Shown: positions 12,649 through 25,914 of the stretch, piece by piece | How positions within the stretch are numbered: position 1 is the first letter of the stretch | How the letters are laid out: the number at the start of each line of letters is the position of its first letter | Assembly (NCBI GenBank): GCA_964016885.1 | Contig: OZ024740.1 | Location: 283,464,001 to 283,528,000 of the forward strand | Direction of reading: 5' to 3' | DNA length: 64,000 nt | DNA from: Eledone cirrhosa | Lineage: Eukaryota | The notes under the pieces: model-generated | Database searches by the model: none | What the model was told of the DNA's origin: nothing | What the model saw: only the letters and a program-made list of their open reading frames with translations | Made by a program: the position numbers and the translations under genes

Positions 12649-14315
12649 AAAATATATAAATATAACATCAGTTTATTTCTATACTCACTTCATGCAAGAT
12701 ATTTGTCCTTATAACAAGATATTTCTTATGTAATTTGAGTTACATATATTTTATTGAAAGGAAGATTTCATAGATATCTTCTTTTTAAGACAATGAGAAA
12801 GGAGAGTACTCAGTAATAAAAGTAGAATTGTGAAATTTCACAAATCATTAATCTTAGATTTTTGTTTCCGATTTCGTTCAAATATTCAAAATGAGAAACT
12901 CAGAAATCGGAAAAATTCTAAGCATTAATTTTCCCAAAAAATTGAAATGGACTGAAATGGATATTGTTTTTGTCCTCCTAAATTCTGAGGTAAAATCATA
13001 TAAACTACCAATCAAGTATTGGGTTCGACACAATATTTTCATTACAATGGTGAAATGAGATGACGAAGGAGAGCAACCATGAGACTATTCAGAGCTTGTT
13101 GGTATTGATATAGGAGAGGAAGGAAGTTAATCTCAAACTGGAGATGTGTATAAATGTCAGCGAAGCTAAGATTTTTATCTCGCTTAAACACATAACCCAT
13201 TTACCTTTCTGAGACACCGTAATGGGTGTGAAGAATCAAGAAAGATTGCTGGAACCAGATAACTGCCTGAAAAGATTGCCATAGAGTTGGATCTGTCAAA
13301 GGCACCCAAGAGTATGGTGCGGGTATTAACCTGGTCAAAAGAGTCTATAACACAAGAATGTGAATGCTCCCATCCGATGGCTTCAATGTTGTTTTTTCTT
13401 TACCGAATACCAGTTAGGAGTCTTTAATTGACTCGATCCCATTATAGATTACACTGAACACACAACTGAATTGTTGTCGGAGACAAATACAAAATGATTA
13501 TTCTGTGCTGAAATGTTGAAGACTGTGGGTCTTCGTGTGAGTACTTCCTGAGGCAGTTTTGATTCATTATTAAATCGGTTACATTTCACATTCTCCTCCC
13601 AACTGTTCGTTTCATACCGAGACTCTTGTATGTTTATTATACATAAACATATTGTAAATATTTCATATATACCTCTATTGTGGACCATGGTGTGCTAGAG
13701 GCACTGCTAATTTACCCTAGCCAGTCAATCTAGCACTATATGCAAATGCGCATCTCCAGTTGCTGTTTTATTTGTTATACGTGTAAATGAGAATCTACAA
13801 CCAATGTTTCGTACGCACAAAGTATATTAGCTATAGCTTAGGTTTGACTCGGTACTAAAAGAGTAAACGATACCGCTAACATATAAAACGTCAGAAACAG
13901 GTGTCTGACGATCTCACACATCCTTACGTTCTCGCCGCTTAAAATATTCGTATCAAGACTCGTATATAATTATTATACATAAACGTATCATATATGCCTT
14001 CAGTTACGCCTCTATTATGAACAACACTGTGATACTACTAATGTTAACCGATATATACATACAAACGAAAACACACACATATTTATATATATATACAGTG
14101 CAAAGTAGGGTAGAACTATATGCAACATGTAAAATGAAGTGGGTTTATTGAAGAAAGAGAAAGTGGATGGTGAGCCCTGTCGTTTCCCTTTGTGTTCTCA
14201 AGCTTTCTGAATGGTACTAATTCTTAGGGTTCAGATTAACTTAGTTAATGTTAATTCATATACAGATAAATAGATAGATAGGTAGGTGGATTGATACATA
14301 GATAGATAGATAAGT

Positions 14316-15962
14316 TTCTATTTATTTGCCACGAGGGCACAAAAGAAGGGGGCAAATACAAGGGGGGGGGTGGCGTTTACATAAAGGAACGAGTAAAAAA
14401 CAAATAACAAATATAAAATTAACAATACAGTCCTCAGTAGGGAGGAGGCGTTTTGGGGGTTACACACACCCCCGAAAAAGTGTGCAACCCTTTCCCTTAA
14501 GCGCACAGAGAGGGGGTGCTCCTTTAAACTTCCACGTTTCCACCAACAGGCTGATAAAGAGAGAAGACCCATTCACACGGGCCATTCTCACTACTTTCAC
14601 CCACCTTTCATAAAACTTGCTGGGGTAGAGCACCTCTCTCTCCATTCTGATCCTTCTCTTAAAATGGTGAGCTCGTCGTCTTCGACGCCTAGAGTCTCCC
14701 CGAGCACGTCGTCGCACTTGTAAAGTACTAACCCTCTATAGAATGTCGACGTCGGGTCTCCACTGATTGGTGCCCGCTTGACAGAGGACTGTGAGCGCCT
14801 GGGTGCATTCAATGTGCCAGGCGCCCATCTTCTTCGGTCTTCGCTTGACCCAGGACTGCAGCTCCGTCAGCGAGACAAGTTGTGGGAAGGCCTGTCTCAC
14901 AAACGGTGCCCACACCGGTTGGTCGGTGATGAATACCTGAAGATGCCGTAGCCTCAGTTCATGTTTGCGCATCATTAGCCACGGAAGAGTGTTGACAGCA
15001 GACGGATCTCCTCACCATTGGAGCCTGCTTCTTCCACAGGAACTGGAAGAGCATGCGTTCCATCTTGGTGGGGTATTCACGGGGACAAGGTACGACAGTC
15101 AAGCGGTAGTAGATGAAAGTGTTCGCCACCTCCGCTCGACCTATCAAAGACAGTTTGCACTCTGACCACTTCTGGGTGAGCGCAAATACCTTGGCCATGA
15201 CCTCGTTCCAGTTTTTCTCCACTTGGAAGTTTGGACCGAACCAGACCCCGAGCAATTTTACCGGTCCTTCCGTCCAGCGTCCGACGACGCTGTCGGGCGG
15301 CATCGGTTTGCCTCACCACGTTCCGAGTTGCAAACCGACAGACTTGTCCGGGTTCAGTTTTGCTCCTGTGAACCTTTCGTATTCCTGTAGTAGTTTGCCG
15401 ATTACCTCGATTTCCGAGGTTTTCGACACCACAACCGTCACGTCGTCGGCATAAGCCGACGCCGCTTTTCGCAGTCCCGGTTCTAAAGGGATGCCCTGCA
15501 AAAGCTCCAGCTTGCGCAGTAGTGGCTCTAGAGTCAATACGTACAGAATCGAGGAGAGAGGTCATCCCTGTCGAATGGAACGCGTGATTGCGAACGGCTC
15601 CGATAGGTAGCCGTTCACCTTGACTTTCGAGCAGTTGCTGGTGTGCACGGCCATGATCCAGCCTCTGAAAACTGGACCGAAATCGGCCGCCTTGAGAACC
15701 GCTTCCAAGTATCGATGATCGACCCTATCGAATGCCTTAGACTGATCTAAATTGATCACAGCCCCACCGAAGCGGGGTTTACACCCCACCCTCTCTATGA
15801 TGTATCGCATGAGGTAGAGGTTGTTGTGTATGGACCTGGTCGGGATTACACACGTTTGCGCTTTCTCTACCAGGTTTTCGACAACAAGCGCCAGCCTCGT
15901 TGCTAGCACTTTGGCCAAAATCTTTAACTCTGTGTTGAGCAGAGTTATGGGACTGAAATTGT
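14316..15962 (-). mobile_element. 5'-truncated, frameshifted Tx1/L1-type LINE in (GATA)n
   Basis: RT motifs PITLLNTELKILAK, LDQSKAFDRVDH, RQG*PLS, AYADD, KLLGVWF across ORFs 15562.., 15313.. and 14959..; AATAAA then (TATC)n at the 3' end; ~400-bp internal deletion of the CCHC region relative to the 62135-63110 copy. Confidence 0.9.
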
Positions 15963-15964
15963 TT

Positions 15965-16033
<69 letters not shown>
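15965..16033. repeat. (GATA)n at the 5' junction of the Tx1 LINE
   Basis: Direct reading. Confidence 0.95.
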
Positions 16034-16035
<2 letters not shown>

Positions 16036-16156
16036 TACAGACAGACAGATAAAAAGAAATAGATATACAAATACACACACGCACACAAACACCCACACAA
16101 ACACACTCACACATATATAAAAAGACTCCAGTTGCATATTCGATTTCTTTTCTTTA

Positions 16157-16244
<88 letters not shown>

Positions 16245-17413
16245 ATATTATTGTTTTTTCTATTTTAGGTAAATATACAAGTAATCAAGAAAGGTGTTTG
16301 CATTGTCACGCCTCTTCTTATTCAAATTCCAAATCCACGCTGTTTCATGCAATTCTACAAAATATTTAATTACAAAAGCATTTTGCCGGGATGCTTTGAG
16401 AAAATAGTTGGAATTGTTAGGTTATCGGTACATTATGACGGATAAGAAATGAATTTGAAAAAGTATATATACCCAAGCAATGTCGTTTAACCAACTGACC
16501 GACTGCAATTAATGACAAAATCCTGAGCTACAAAGCGTGTTAGGGAATAATGCTCATCGTTATGTTCTGACATACGAATATGTTTACACAGAGCGTCGAT
16601 CAATGAATCTTAATTATCCTAATGCTGTTGTCGATCGCAGTCAAACCCGTCAAATATGTACTCGAAACGTATTACGACAATGTCTTAATCCCTTATAAAC
16701 CATGAATATGTGTTTCAGGCTCACAATATAGTGAGATAAAAATAGTGTCATGCATTTTATTAAAACATTCATTGTCACGTTTTCTTATACTCATGTTTGT
16801 GTATGTGTGTGGGATTGTGTGTGTATGTGTGTATGCGTGTATGTGTGTGTGTGTGTGCTTATGTGTGTGCGTCTATGTGTGTGTGTATATGTATATATAT
16901 GTGTGTGTGTGTATGTGTGTGTGTGTGTGTATGCGTGTCTGTATATGTGTGCGTTCATGGATATATCTGAACCTTTCTTCTGTGACTTTTCAATACACTA
17001 AAGTGTGATTTATTAAGTTAGAAAATAATATAACAAAAGAGAAGATAGCAAAATATTCATGCTAATAGAGATACACCAATGCTTTTCCTTGCCGATGTAC
17101 ACGCGCTCACATCACACAGCGTTACTCCATATTTCAAGTACTATGACAACAGTTGTTCTAGTGAATTTACATCAAGATATAAAATGTAATATACGAAAAA
17201 TCATGGCATGATCATATCAAACCCACGCGAAGTGAATATCCTCACCGATTCTTTGAAAATTACACACACACACACACACACTCACTCACACACTCACTCA
17301 CCCCTACACACACACATATATATACATATATATACATATATATATATATGTATATAATATATATATACATATATAATATATATATATATACATATATAAT
17401 ATATATATAATAC

Positions 17414-17440
<27 letters not shown>

Positions 17441-17446
<6 letters not shown>

Positions 17447-17848
17447 AGAACAAAAGATGGTTAAAAGAGTTCCATGTATTTTATTATGCGCATTTCAAAA
17501 ACAAATATCATCATGCAATAATATTTGTGTTTTCATCAGATAAAACAGGAGGACATGATATGAAGGTTAAAAAACACTTGTGGATAGTTCAGTTGATTTA
17601 AAACTGAACTATCCACAAGTGTTTTTTAACCTTCATATCATGTCCTCCTGTTTTATCTGATGAAAACACAAATATTATTGCATGATGATATTTGTTTTTG
17701 AAATGCGCATCATAAAATACATGGAACTCTTTTAACCATCTTTTGTTCTTATATATTATGTATACTCCAGTCCTACAAACTGTAGAGTGCTTCTTATCCG
17801 ATATCTGCATTGCTTTATTGTACTACAATAAAACTCACCTCCTACATT
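17441..17848 (+). mobile_element. Fold-back Penelope-like pLTR element (family F)
   Basis: 154-bp arms 17441-17594 / 17602-17755 (1 mismatch seen), 7-nt spacer, unpaired tail to 17848, (TA)n on both sides. Confidence 0.85.
17651..17717 (+). ncRNA. Intact type I hammerhead ribozyme motif
   Basis: TTTTAT-CTGATGA-long stem II (ACAAATAT/ATATTTGT)-GAAA-TGCGCA-TC-ATAAAA; all core bases canonical; predicted cleavage after C17711. Confidence 0.85.
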
Positions 17849-17899
17849 ATATATATATATATATACACACACACATATATATTTATATATATATAATAT

Positions 17900-18088
17900 A
17901 ACGGAGGAGTTGTGGTAAGGAACAAGATGGACCATAACGCACCAGAGTACTGAATACTTAGGGTAGTAGAGTGGGTAATAGGAAAATGTATGAGCCCGAC
18001 GGCTGAGCTCAAGCCGTTTCGACGGGTAATTTAGTCCAGAATTAGCCGTCGAAACGGCTTGAGCTCAGCCGTCGGGGTCCTATTCGTT

Positions 18089-18093
<5 letters not shown>
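17900..18093 (-). mobile_element. Fold-back pLTR-like element (family H)
   Basis: Arms 17978-18031 / 18040-18093; second copy at 58458-58647 with the same centre; (TA)n flanks. Confidence 0.75.
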
Positions 18094-18178
<85 letters not shown>

Positions 18179-18253
18179 TATATGTATATATATATATATA
18201 TACAAATTCAAAATTGCGACAGGCAAAACCCAACCATACAATACCAAAACAAC

Positions 18254-18284
<31 letters not shown>

Positions 18285-18439
18285 CGAGGGTAATCCCAAA
18301 AGTAAGGTCTCCTTCCGAGGAAAACATGCGTAAATATCGGCGGATCAGTCTGGATGCCCTCTGCATTTTGGTTCCTGAGGTTTCCCGAAGCACCATCCAC
18401 AAGTTTTATCGGAAGGAGACTTACTTTGGGATTGCCCTC

Positions 18440-18440
<1 letters not shown>
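18285..18440 (+). mobile_element. Internally deleted mariner (MITE)
   Basis: ~33-bp TIRs CGAGGGTAATCCCAAAAGTAAG..TTCCGA, TA flanks; interior encodes [21 protein letters not shown], like the mariner transposase HTH. Confidence 0.85.
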
Positions 18441-18527
<87 letters not shown>

Positions 18528-18599
18528 ATAAAGTATGTCCATAGAATCATTTGATAAAATATATACATTATATATACACACACACACACACACACACAT

Positions 18600-19111
18600 A
18601 TTTGTTGTGAAAGAGTCATTTCTCAATCTTGGCGCAAAACCAATTTTTTATTCACATGACCTCTACCGACCAATCAAAATTGTTTTGACCACAAGAATTA
18701 TAACTGGAGCCACTTTTTTAACATAAAAACAGTCTTGGCGCAAAATCAATTTTTTACACTCACATGACCTCTACCGACCAATCAAAATTGTTTTGACCAC
18801 AAGAAATTTTGCAACACCAAAGTAACGCTGGAGCCACTTTTTTAACATAAAAACAGGTAGAATTCCCAAAACTAATCAGATCAGAGCAAACAGCACGGAC
18901 ACTCTATCTCAAAATTATTTTTGAAAAGCATTTAGAAATGCGCAACCGGTAAAAACTTAAAAACTTAAAACCACAACTGAATACTAACCCATACAATCAC
19001 TAATACTCTTTTATTCCTAATTAAACCATTTTTCAACTGTGAACAATTTGTCAGCATTTTCTATTCCGTTTTCCAATATATACTAACTTGTGTGTTACAC
19101 CTCTATTCTTT

Positions 19112-19115
<4 letters not shown>
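18600..19115 (+). mobile_element. Penelope-like pLTR (family E, diverged subfamily)
   Basis: Tandem GGCGCAAAA..CACATGAC..CCAATCAAAATT..GAGCCACTTTT units; hammerhead variant at 18918-18955. Confidence 0.65.
18918..18955 (+). ncRNA. Hammerhead U3:A8 variant with mutated GAAA
   Basis: TTT-TTGAAAA-GCATTT AG AAATGC-GCAAC-CG-GTA-AAA; stems I and II covary relative to 19580-19617. Confidence 0.6.
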
Positions 19116-19143
<28 letters not shown>

Positions 19144-19154
19144 GATATATATAT

Positions 19155-19454
<300 letters not shown>

Positions 19455-19473
19455 ATATATATATATACATATA

Positions 19474-19755
19474 TATAAAGAAAAAGAGATGAAATCGAAA
19501 ATGCAACTGGAGTCTTATTTTTTTTTTAAATATATATTTTGAGATGTGAGAAAACCCACAAACCCTCCATCTCAACTCACCTTTTGAGAAGCAGAAGAAC
19601 TGCGAAACCGGTAAAGGAACCAAATAAATATATATATATTTTTAAAAAAATAAGACTCCAGTTGCATTTTCGATTTCATCTCTTTTTCTTTATACTTTCA
19701 CTCGTGTAGGACACCTCGGTTATTTTTCATTTTGTATAAAAAAAACCACCTTCTA
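19474..19755 (+). mobile_element. Fold-back Penelope-like pLTR element (family E)
   Basis: Arms 19474-19524 / 19644-19694, hammerhead in the spacer, unpaired tail, (TA)n flanks. Confidence 0.78.
19580..19617 (+). ncRNA. Minimal hammerhead, U3:A8 compensatory variant
   Basis: CCTT-TTGAGAA-GCAG AAGAA CTGC-GAAAC-CG-GTA-AAGG. Confidence 0.78.
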
Positions 19756-19778
19756 ATATATATATATAAATATATATA

Positions 19779-20124
<346 letters not shown>

Positions 20125-20874
20125 GAATATTTATATGAGTGGCACACAACAACTGAGACATCAGGAAAATAAATTACAAGATGTTGAAAGTTTATAAAAA
20201 GATAGATGAAATAATAATAATGATAATAATAAAGAGAAAATGAATGTATAGCGGTGAATTACACTGCGTGAGATAGGTGAGCAGTTGCATGTTTGGAATA
20301 CAAAATCATTGAGAGGTAGTAAAAAATGTATGAAAACAAGTGATTAAAAAAATAATACAAATATAGTGAACGAGAAGACAGAGAAATATAGGGACAGAAA
20401 TATTAAAATATAAAGTGAGAGTATGGGAAAATTTGAAAAGGGTGAAGGGAGACAGAGGGGGTGATAGGAGAAGGGAGAGAGGGCCAGGGGAAAAGGGAGA
20501 TAGAGAGAGGGGTCAGAGGAGAGGGGAGAGTCAACAACTTCTTCCTCAAAGGCAAATGTAATCAATAGGAAATTTAATTTCAACAAGTATTTTCCCAGGT
20601 CTTCATAAATAATTCCATTTTTTTGTAAACCGTTCTATTTGGAGTTCATACGGACCATCTGTAACAAACCAATTCTCTTGCTTAACATTGCTACTATTAT
20701 TATAGTTGTTGTTTAGATTGGAGTGATAGGAAAGGGAAGGATGCGAGTCTCGGGGGAGCCATTTACAGGAAATAGGGGAGACAACTGTGAAATAGCCATG
20801 ATTATAGATGGTGGGCAACTGAGCGTGTAGCATTGATGGGAATTTTGTACTTGTGTGATTATCAGAGTAGTGGT

Positions 20875-21560
20875 CCGTGTAGGTCTGTGTGTACGTGTGT
20901 TTACGTGTGAGTGCGTGTGTAGATCCGTCTACACGTGTGCTTACATGTGAGTATGAGTGTATGTCGTGTGTACGTGTGCTTACGTATGAGTGCGTGTGTA
21001 GGTCTGCCTGTACGTGTGCTTACGTGTGAGTACGTGTGTATGTCTGTGTGTACGTGTGCTTACGTATGAGTGCGTGTGTAGGTCTGCCTGTACGTGTGCT
21101 TACGTGTGAGTACGTGTGTATGCCTGTGTGTACGTGTGCTTACGTATGAGTGCGTGTGTAGGTCTGTGTGTACGTGTGTTTACGTGTGAGTACGTGTGTA
21201 TGTCTGTGTGTACGTGTGCTTACGTATGAGTGCGTGTGTAGGTCTGTCTGTACGTGTGTTTACGTGTGAGTATGAGTGTATGTCTGTGTGTACGTGTGCT
21301 TACGTATGAGTGCGTGTGTAGGTCTGTGTGTACGTGTGTTTACGTGTGAGTACGTGTGTATGCCTGTGTGTACGTGTGCTTACGTATGAGTGCGTGTGTA
21401 GGTCTGTCTGTACGTGTGTTTACGTGTGAGTACGTGTGTATGCCTGTGTGTACGTGTGCTTACGTATGAGTGCGTGTGTAGGTCTGTGTGTACGTGTGTT
21501 TACGTGTTAGTACGTGTGTATGTCTGTGTATATGTGTGCTTCCGTGTGAGTATGTGTGTA
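20875..21560. repeat. Minisatellite: 40-bp monomers alternating as an 80-bp higher-order unit
   Basis: GGTCTGCCTGTACGTGTGCTTACGTGTGAGTACGTGTGTA alternates with TGTCTGTGTGTACGTGTGCTTACGTATGAGTGCGTGTGTA. Confidence 0.92.
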
Positions 21561-21842
21561 TGTCTATAGGTATGTGTATGTGTGTGTATATTGTTACACC
21601 TGCACCGGTATGTGCTTCAGTACTGTATGATTATACATCCACAAACACAGCTACGTGCTTGTATATGTGTGTGTGCGCGCGCATTTGTATGTATGTGTGT
21701 GCGCGCGCATTTGTATGTATGTGTGCGCGCGCGCATTTGTATGTATGTGTGTGTGTGTGTGTATATATATACATGTGTATATACGTACACGTTTGTGAGC
21801 TAGTATGTGTCTGACTGTTTACATGTAGATTCGTCAACAGCG

Positions 21843-21881
<39 letters not shown>

Positions 21882-21901
21882 TTTGTGTGTGTGTGTGTGT
21901 C

Positions 21902-21939
<38 letters not shown>

Positions 21940-22399
21940 TATGTATGTGTGCATGTGTGGATGGATATTACACTTAGATTCCTCAACAGTGGCACGTGTG
22001 TGTGTATGTATGTGTGTATGTGTGTGAGTGTGTATGCGTGTGTGTGTATATGTGTGGTGTGGTGTGTGTGTGTGTGCGTGTGTCTGCGTGTGTCTGTCTG
22101 GGTGTCAGTGTATATGTGTGTGTATGTGTGTGTATGTGTGTGTCTGTGTGTGTATGTGTGTGTTTGTGTGTGTGTGTGTATGTGTATGTCAGTGTGTGTG
22201 TCTATGTGGATAGATATTGGGTAGATTCCCCAGCACAGGTTTGTGTTTGAATTTCGGTGTGTGTGTGTGTATGTATTTTCACCTGTACAGGTACAGGATT
22301 ATATATGTCAATATGCGTGTATGTCAGTCTGTATGTATGTACGCATGTATGTATGTATGTATGTATGTAGGCATATATTTATGTATGTATGTATATTAT

Positions 22400-22986
22400 C
22401 TCTTTCTCTTAATTTCGAGTATATTTTTTTGACCGGCCACCTTCCTGGGGGCAAAGTTGTAAAAGAAAGAAATTGTCATCCCTTGAATCGCAAGAATGTT
22501 TTGCAAATTTTGAAGGTGCCAGCTATCGCAGCCATTTGTAGACTATGAATTAGGGAGCTGCGGTCTTTGTCCGCAAATCTAAGTTCAGTTATAGATTGGT
22601 CCAAGTGGGTTGGTATATAAGTCGTAGCTCCAATAATGATGGGTATGAAGCTAAAGGTGTATCTTGGATACTGGATTTGTAAACTCCTCATCAATGGTCC
22701 GTAGATGTCCTCCTTCTCCTGTATTTTTCTGATAACGTTTACACAAGTGGGCAGCTGATCTCCACAACAGAACACGTTTTCAATGTGTGGTCCCAAACTA
22801 CAATATCAGGCCGGTTGTGCTTTAATTTGGTGGCAGTTTTTATTTTCAGGTTCCACCAGTATTCCTTAGTGCCATCTGTCTCAATATATTCTTCCTCTAT
22901 TGTTGTTAATTTTGTTTTCCGAAGTGCGTTCCAAATGGTTCTAATTATCCCATCGTGTCTCATGGGGTGGTAGTAGCGAGATGACT
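22400..22986 (-). mobile_element. R4/Dong-type RLE LINE, family X, 3' fragment in (CATA)n
   Basis: RHD..NRPDIVVWD..VVEISCP..K..Y..IPIIIGA restriction-like endonuclease motifs; (TATG)n at both junctions. Confidence 0.85.
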
Positions 22987-23340
22987 ATACATGTATGTAC
23001 GTATGTATGTAGGCATATATGTATGTATGTATGTATACATGTATGTACATATGTATGTAGGTATATATTTATGTATGTATGTATACATGTATGTACGTAT
23101 GTATGCATATATTTATGCATGTACATATGTAGATATGTATGTATGTATCTATGTATGCATATATTTATGTATATATGTATGCATATATGTATGTATGTAT
23201 CTATGCATATAGGTATGTATGTATGTATGCATGTATGTATGTATGCATATATTTATGTATATATGTATGCATGTATGTATGTATGCACGTATGTATTCGT
23301 ATATTTATGTATGTACGTATGTATGCATATATTTATGTAT

Positions 23341-24614
23341 GTTCTTCTGGTTTTATAATTTCATAAATTTTTCCCAATAGAGAGAGAGTCGGTTTGTAAC
23401 ATAGACACAAGTCTCTCTCATTGGAATTTGCACAACATCAACTAGGTAGATTATGTATGCATGCATGTGTAGATATGGATGTTATTGTATGTGTGGATGT
23501 GGATGTTTTGAGCTGTATGTGTGCATGTGTATCTATATATGTGTATATGCAGTTATTAGATGTAACATTTTTGGAATGTTTTACATATTTTTACTGTTCC
23601 ATTAATGGATTGTACTTGTAATTTCCTAACTAGTTGTGTTCTTACTGTTCCTGTGAAGCCTAGCTTCTCAAGATTTGTATTGAGGCAGTTACTAACATAC
23701 CCCAGTGCCCCAATAATCACAGGCATAACTCTGAAGGTGTAATCAAGGTGGAGTATCTGCAGATTTCTCATCAGTTCTGCATAAATATTCTCCTTTTCGC
23801 TAATCTTTGATATTATACTGGCATCTGCTGGACAGCTAACTTCTACTACTGTGCATGCCTTCTTTTCCTTATCCAACATCATAATATCTGGTCTGTTATA
23901 CCTGCATTTTATTGGGGTTTTTACTGGAACATTCCACCAGTACTCTTTCATATTATGTACGTAGATGTCTTTTTTACGGACTGCATTGTACAGTGTTTTG
24001 GCCACTACATCATGCCTCATAGGTAGATAGTACCGCGATGACATCTTTGGACAGCTGCTGATGACATGGGTGGTATCCTCGATGTTAGTTCTGCAGAATC
24101 TGCACTTATCACATCTAGGTGTTTTGCCTGCATCCCTATTTTTTTGTGAATCAGGTATTTCGTGTTAATCTCCTGTTCTTGGATTGCAAAAGCGTATCCT
24201 TCAAAGTGGGAGCCAATATAGCGGTTGTTGGTCCAAGATAGACTACTTTCCTTATCTATATTACTCTCACTCTGGAGCTTCCTGGCAACATATCCATGCA
24301 TGATTTTTTGCTGATAAGCATGCAGTTTTTCATCCATGGATTCACTGCGATACTGCTGAGCGACTTCCCTGGGTGTGAGTTTTTGATTATCACACAGGGA
24401 ATATCTCTCAAGGAGTTCCTTCCCAACTCTCATGATAGACTTGCTCGAGAAACGGGCTCCTACGCTTCGAGGTTCGTAGATGATGTCGGAGAGATATGAT
24501 GCGACATTCAAATGCTGTCTGGACTGATGTTAGGCCTCTGCCTCCCTGCTTACTTTTCAAGTAAAGTCGGTCTATGTCACTGTTAATGTGGAAGTTTCCG
24601 GTGTTGTTTAGTAT
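23341..24614 (-). mobile_element. R4/Dong-type RLE LINE, family Y, 5'-truncated, in (CATA)n
   Basis: DRLYLKSKQGGRGL, AIQEQEI, RHD, RPDI, VEVSCP, K..Y; closely similar to 44822-46180. Confidence 0.88.
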
Positions 24615-25914
24615 GTATCCATATATGTATGTATGTATGTACGTATGTATGTACGTATGTGTGTATGTACGTATGTATGTACGTATGTATGTACGTATGT
24701 ATGTATGCATACATTTATGCATGTACCTATGTATGTAAGTATGGATGTATGCATATGTTTATGCATGTACGTATTTATGTACGTATGCATATATGTATGT
24801 ATGTATGTATGTACTTATGCATGCATGCATATATTTATGTATGTAAATATGTATGTACGTATGTATGCATTTGTTCATGTATGTATGTATGCATATATTT
24901 ATGTAAGTACGTATGTATGTACGTATGTATGAATATATTTATGCATATATGTACGTAAGTATGTATGCATATATTTATGTATGTATGTAGATTCAGCTCC
25001 AAAAGTGTGCTTTTGCGTGTGACTTAACTTGAGAAAATTGTGTGAAAGTGGGAAGAGAGAGGGTGGCAGAAAGAGAGAATGGGGATATAAAGAGAGAGGG
25101 AGAGAGTAGAAAGCGAGAGAGAGAGAGAGAGTGTGTGTGTGAGGAATCGAGAGAGCAAACCTCATGGAATGTTTCATGACTTTCCCCACTTTTTTCCTAA
25201 TTTGTTAACGATTTTCTAATGTTTGTTTATCTGTTTGTGTGTGTAGTTTTCCATAAAATCTGAGAGAATATATATTGACTCTGTCAACGAAGGAACAGAT
25301 GAATCGTTTCACCCAGTTAATAAATCATTTGTGTAGTAGGGAGATACACATACAAGAGAAATTCTCAATTAATTGCTTGTCTCGTCGGTCATTTATACAT
25401 AAATATACCTATTCAACTGAATATATACTTCATCATATATGGTTGTTGTTTTTTTTAATAATGTTCAATCCGTTGATTCTGTACAAATCTCTTCATTCTA
25501 ATATACGAGGATTGGCTGAGACGTTCATAGACTAACCAAGATACTCTCGTGGAATGACGAAATGAGGGGTTTTGGGGGGTTTTTTTCAACATATTTCCTG
25601 GAAAGAAACGATGCAGTTGTTTATAAGAAGAGTTGAAATTAATGCATGCAAGATTTCACAGCTCTAGCATTACTCATTCATAGGCAGCCTACGAACTTAT
25701 CCGTTGAATCTTGTATATCTACAGAATATAGTCCGTCATCCTCTTCCGTTCATACTTTCGCTATTGTTTATTTGTTTATGCAAATATGATGTTGTTATCA
25801 AGTAAAAATAAGCTGTTACTGTGTTACGTCATTTCTTATTGTTTATATATCGTGTAATTGTTATGACATAAGAGTGTTTTTACTGACACTGCTTAGTTGT
25901 TAAATTTTATGAGT

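Noticed and set aside
13200-13450. Decayed LINE RT (LDLSKA-like peptide)
   Set aside because: Single short motif; too weak to call.
15963-16137. N-terminus of the 191-aa ORF
   Set aside because: Flanking microsatellite read in frame with the Tx1 RT.
20875-21560. CRISPR-like regular repeat
   Set aside because: No unique spacers, no cas genes, eukaryotic context; the same applies to 49341-49572.
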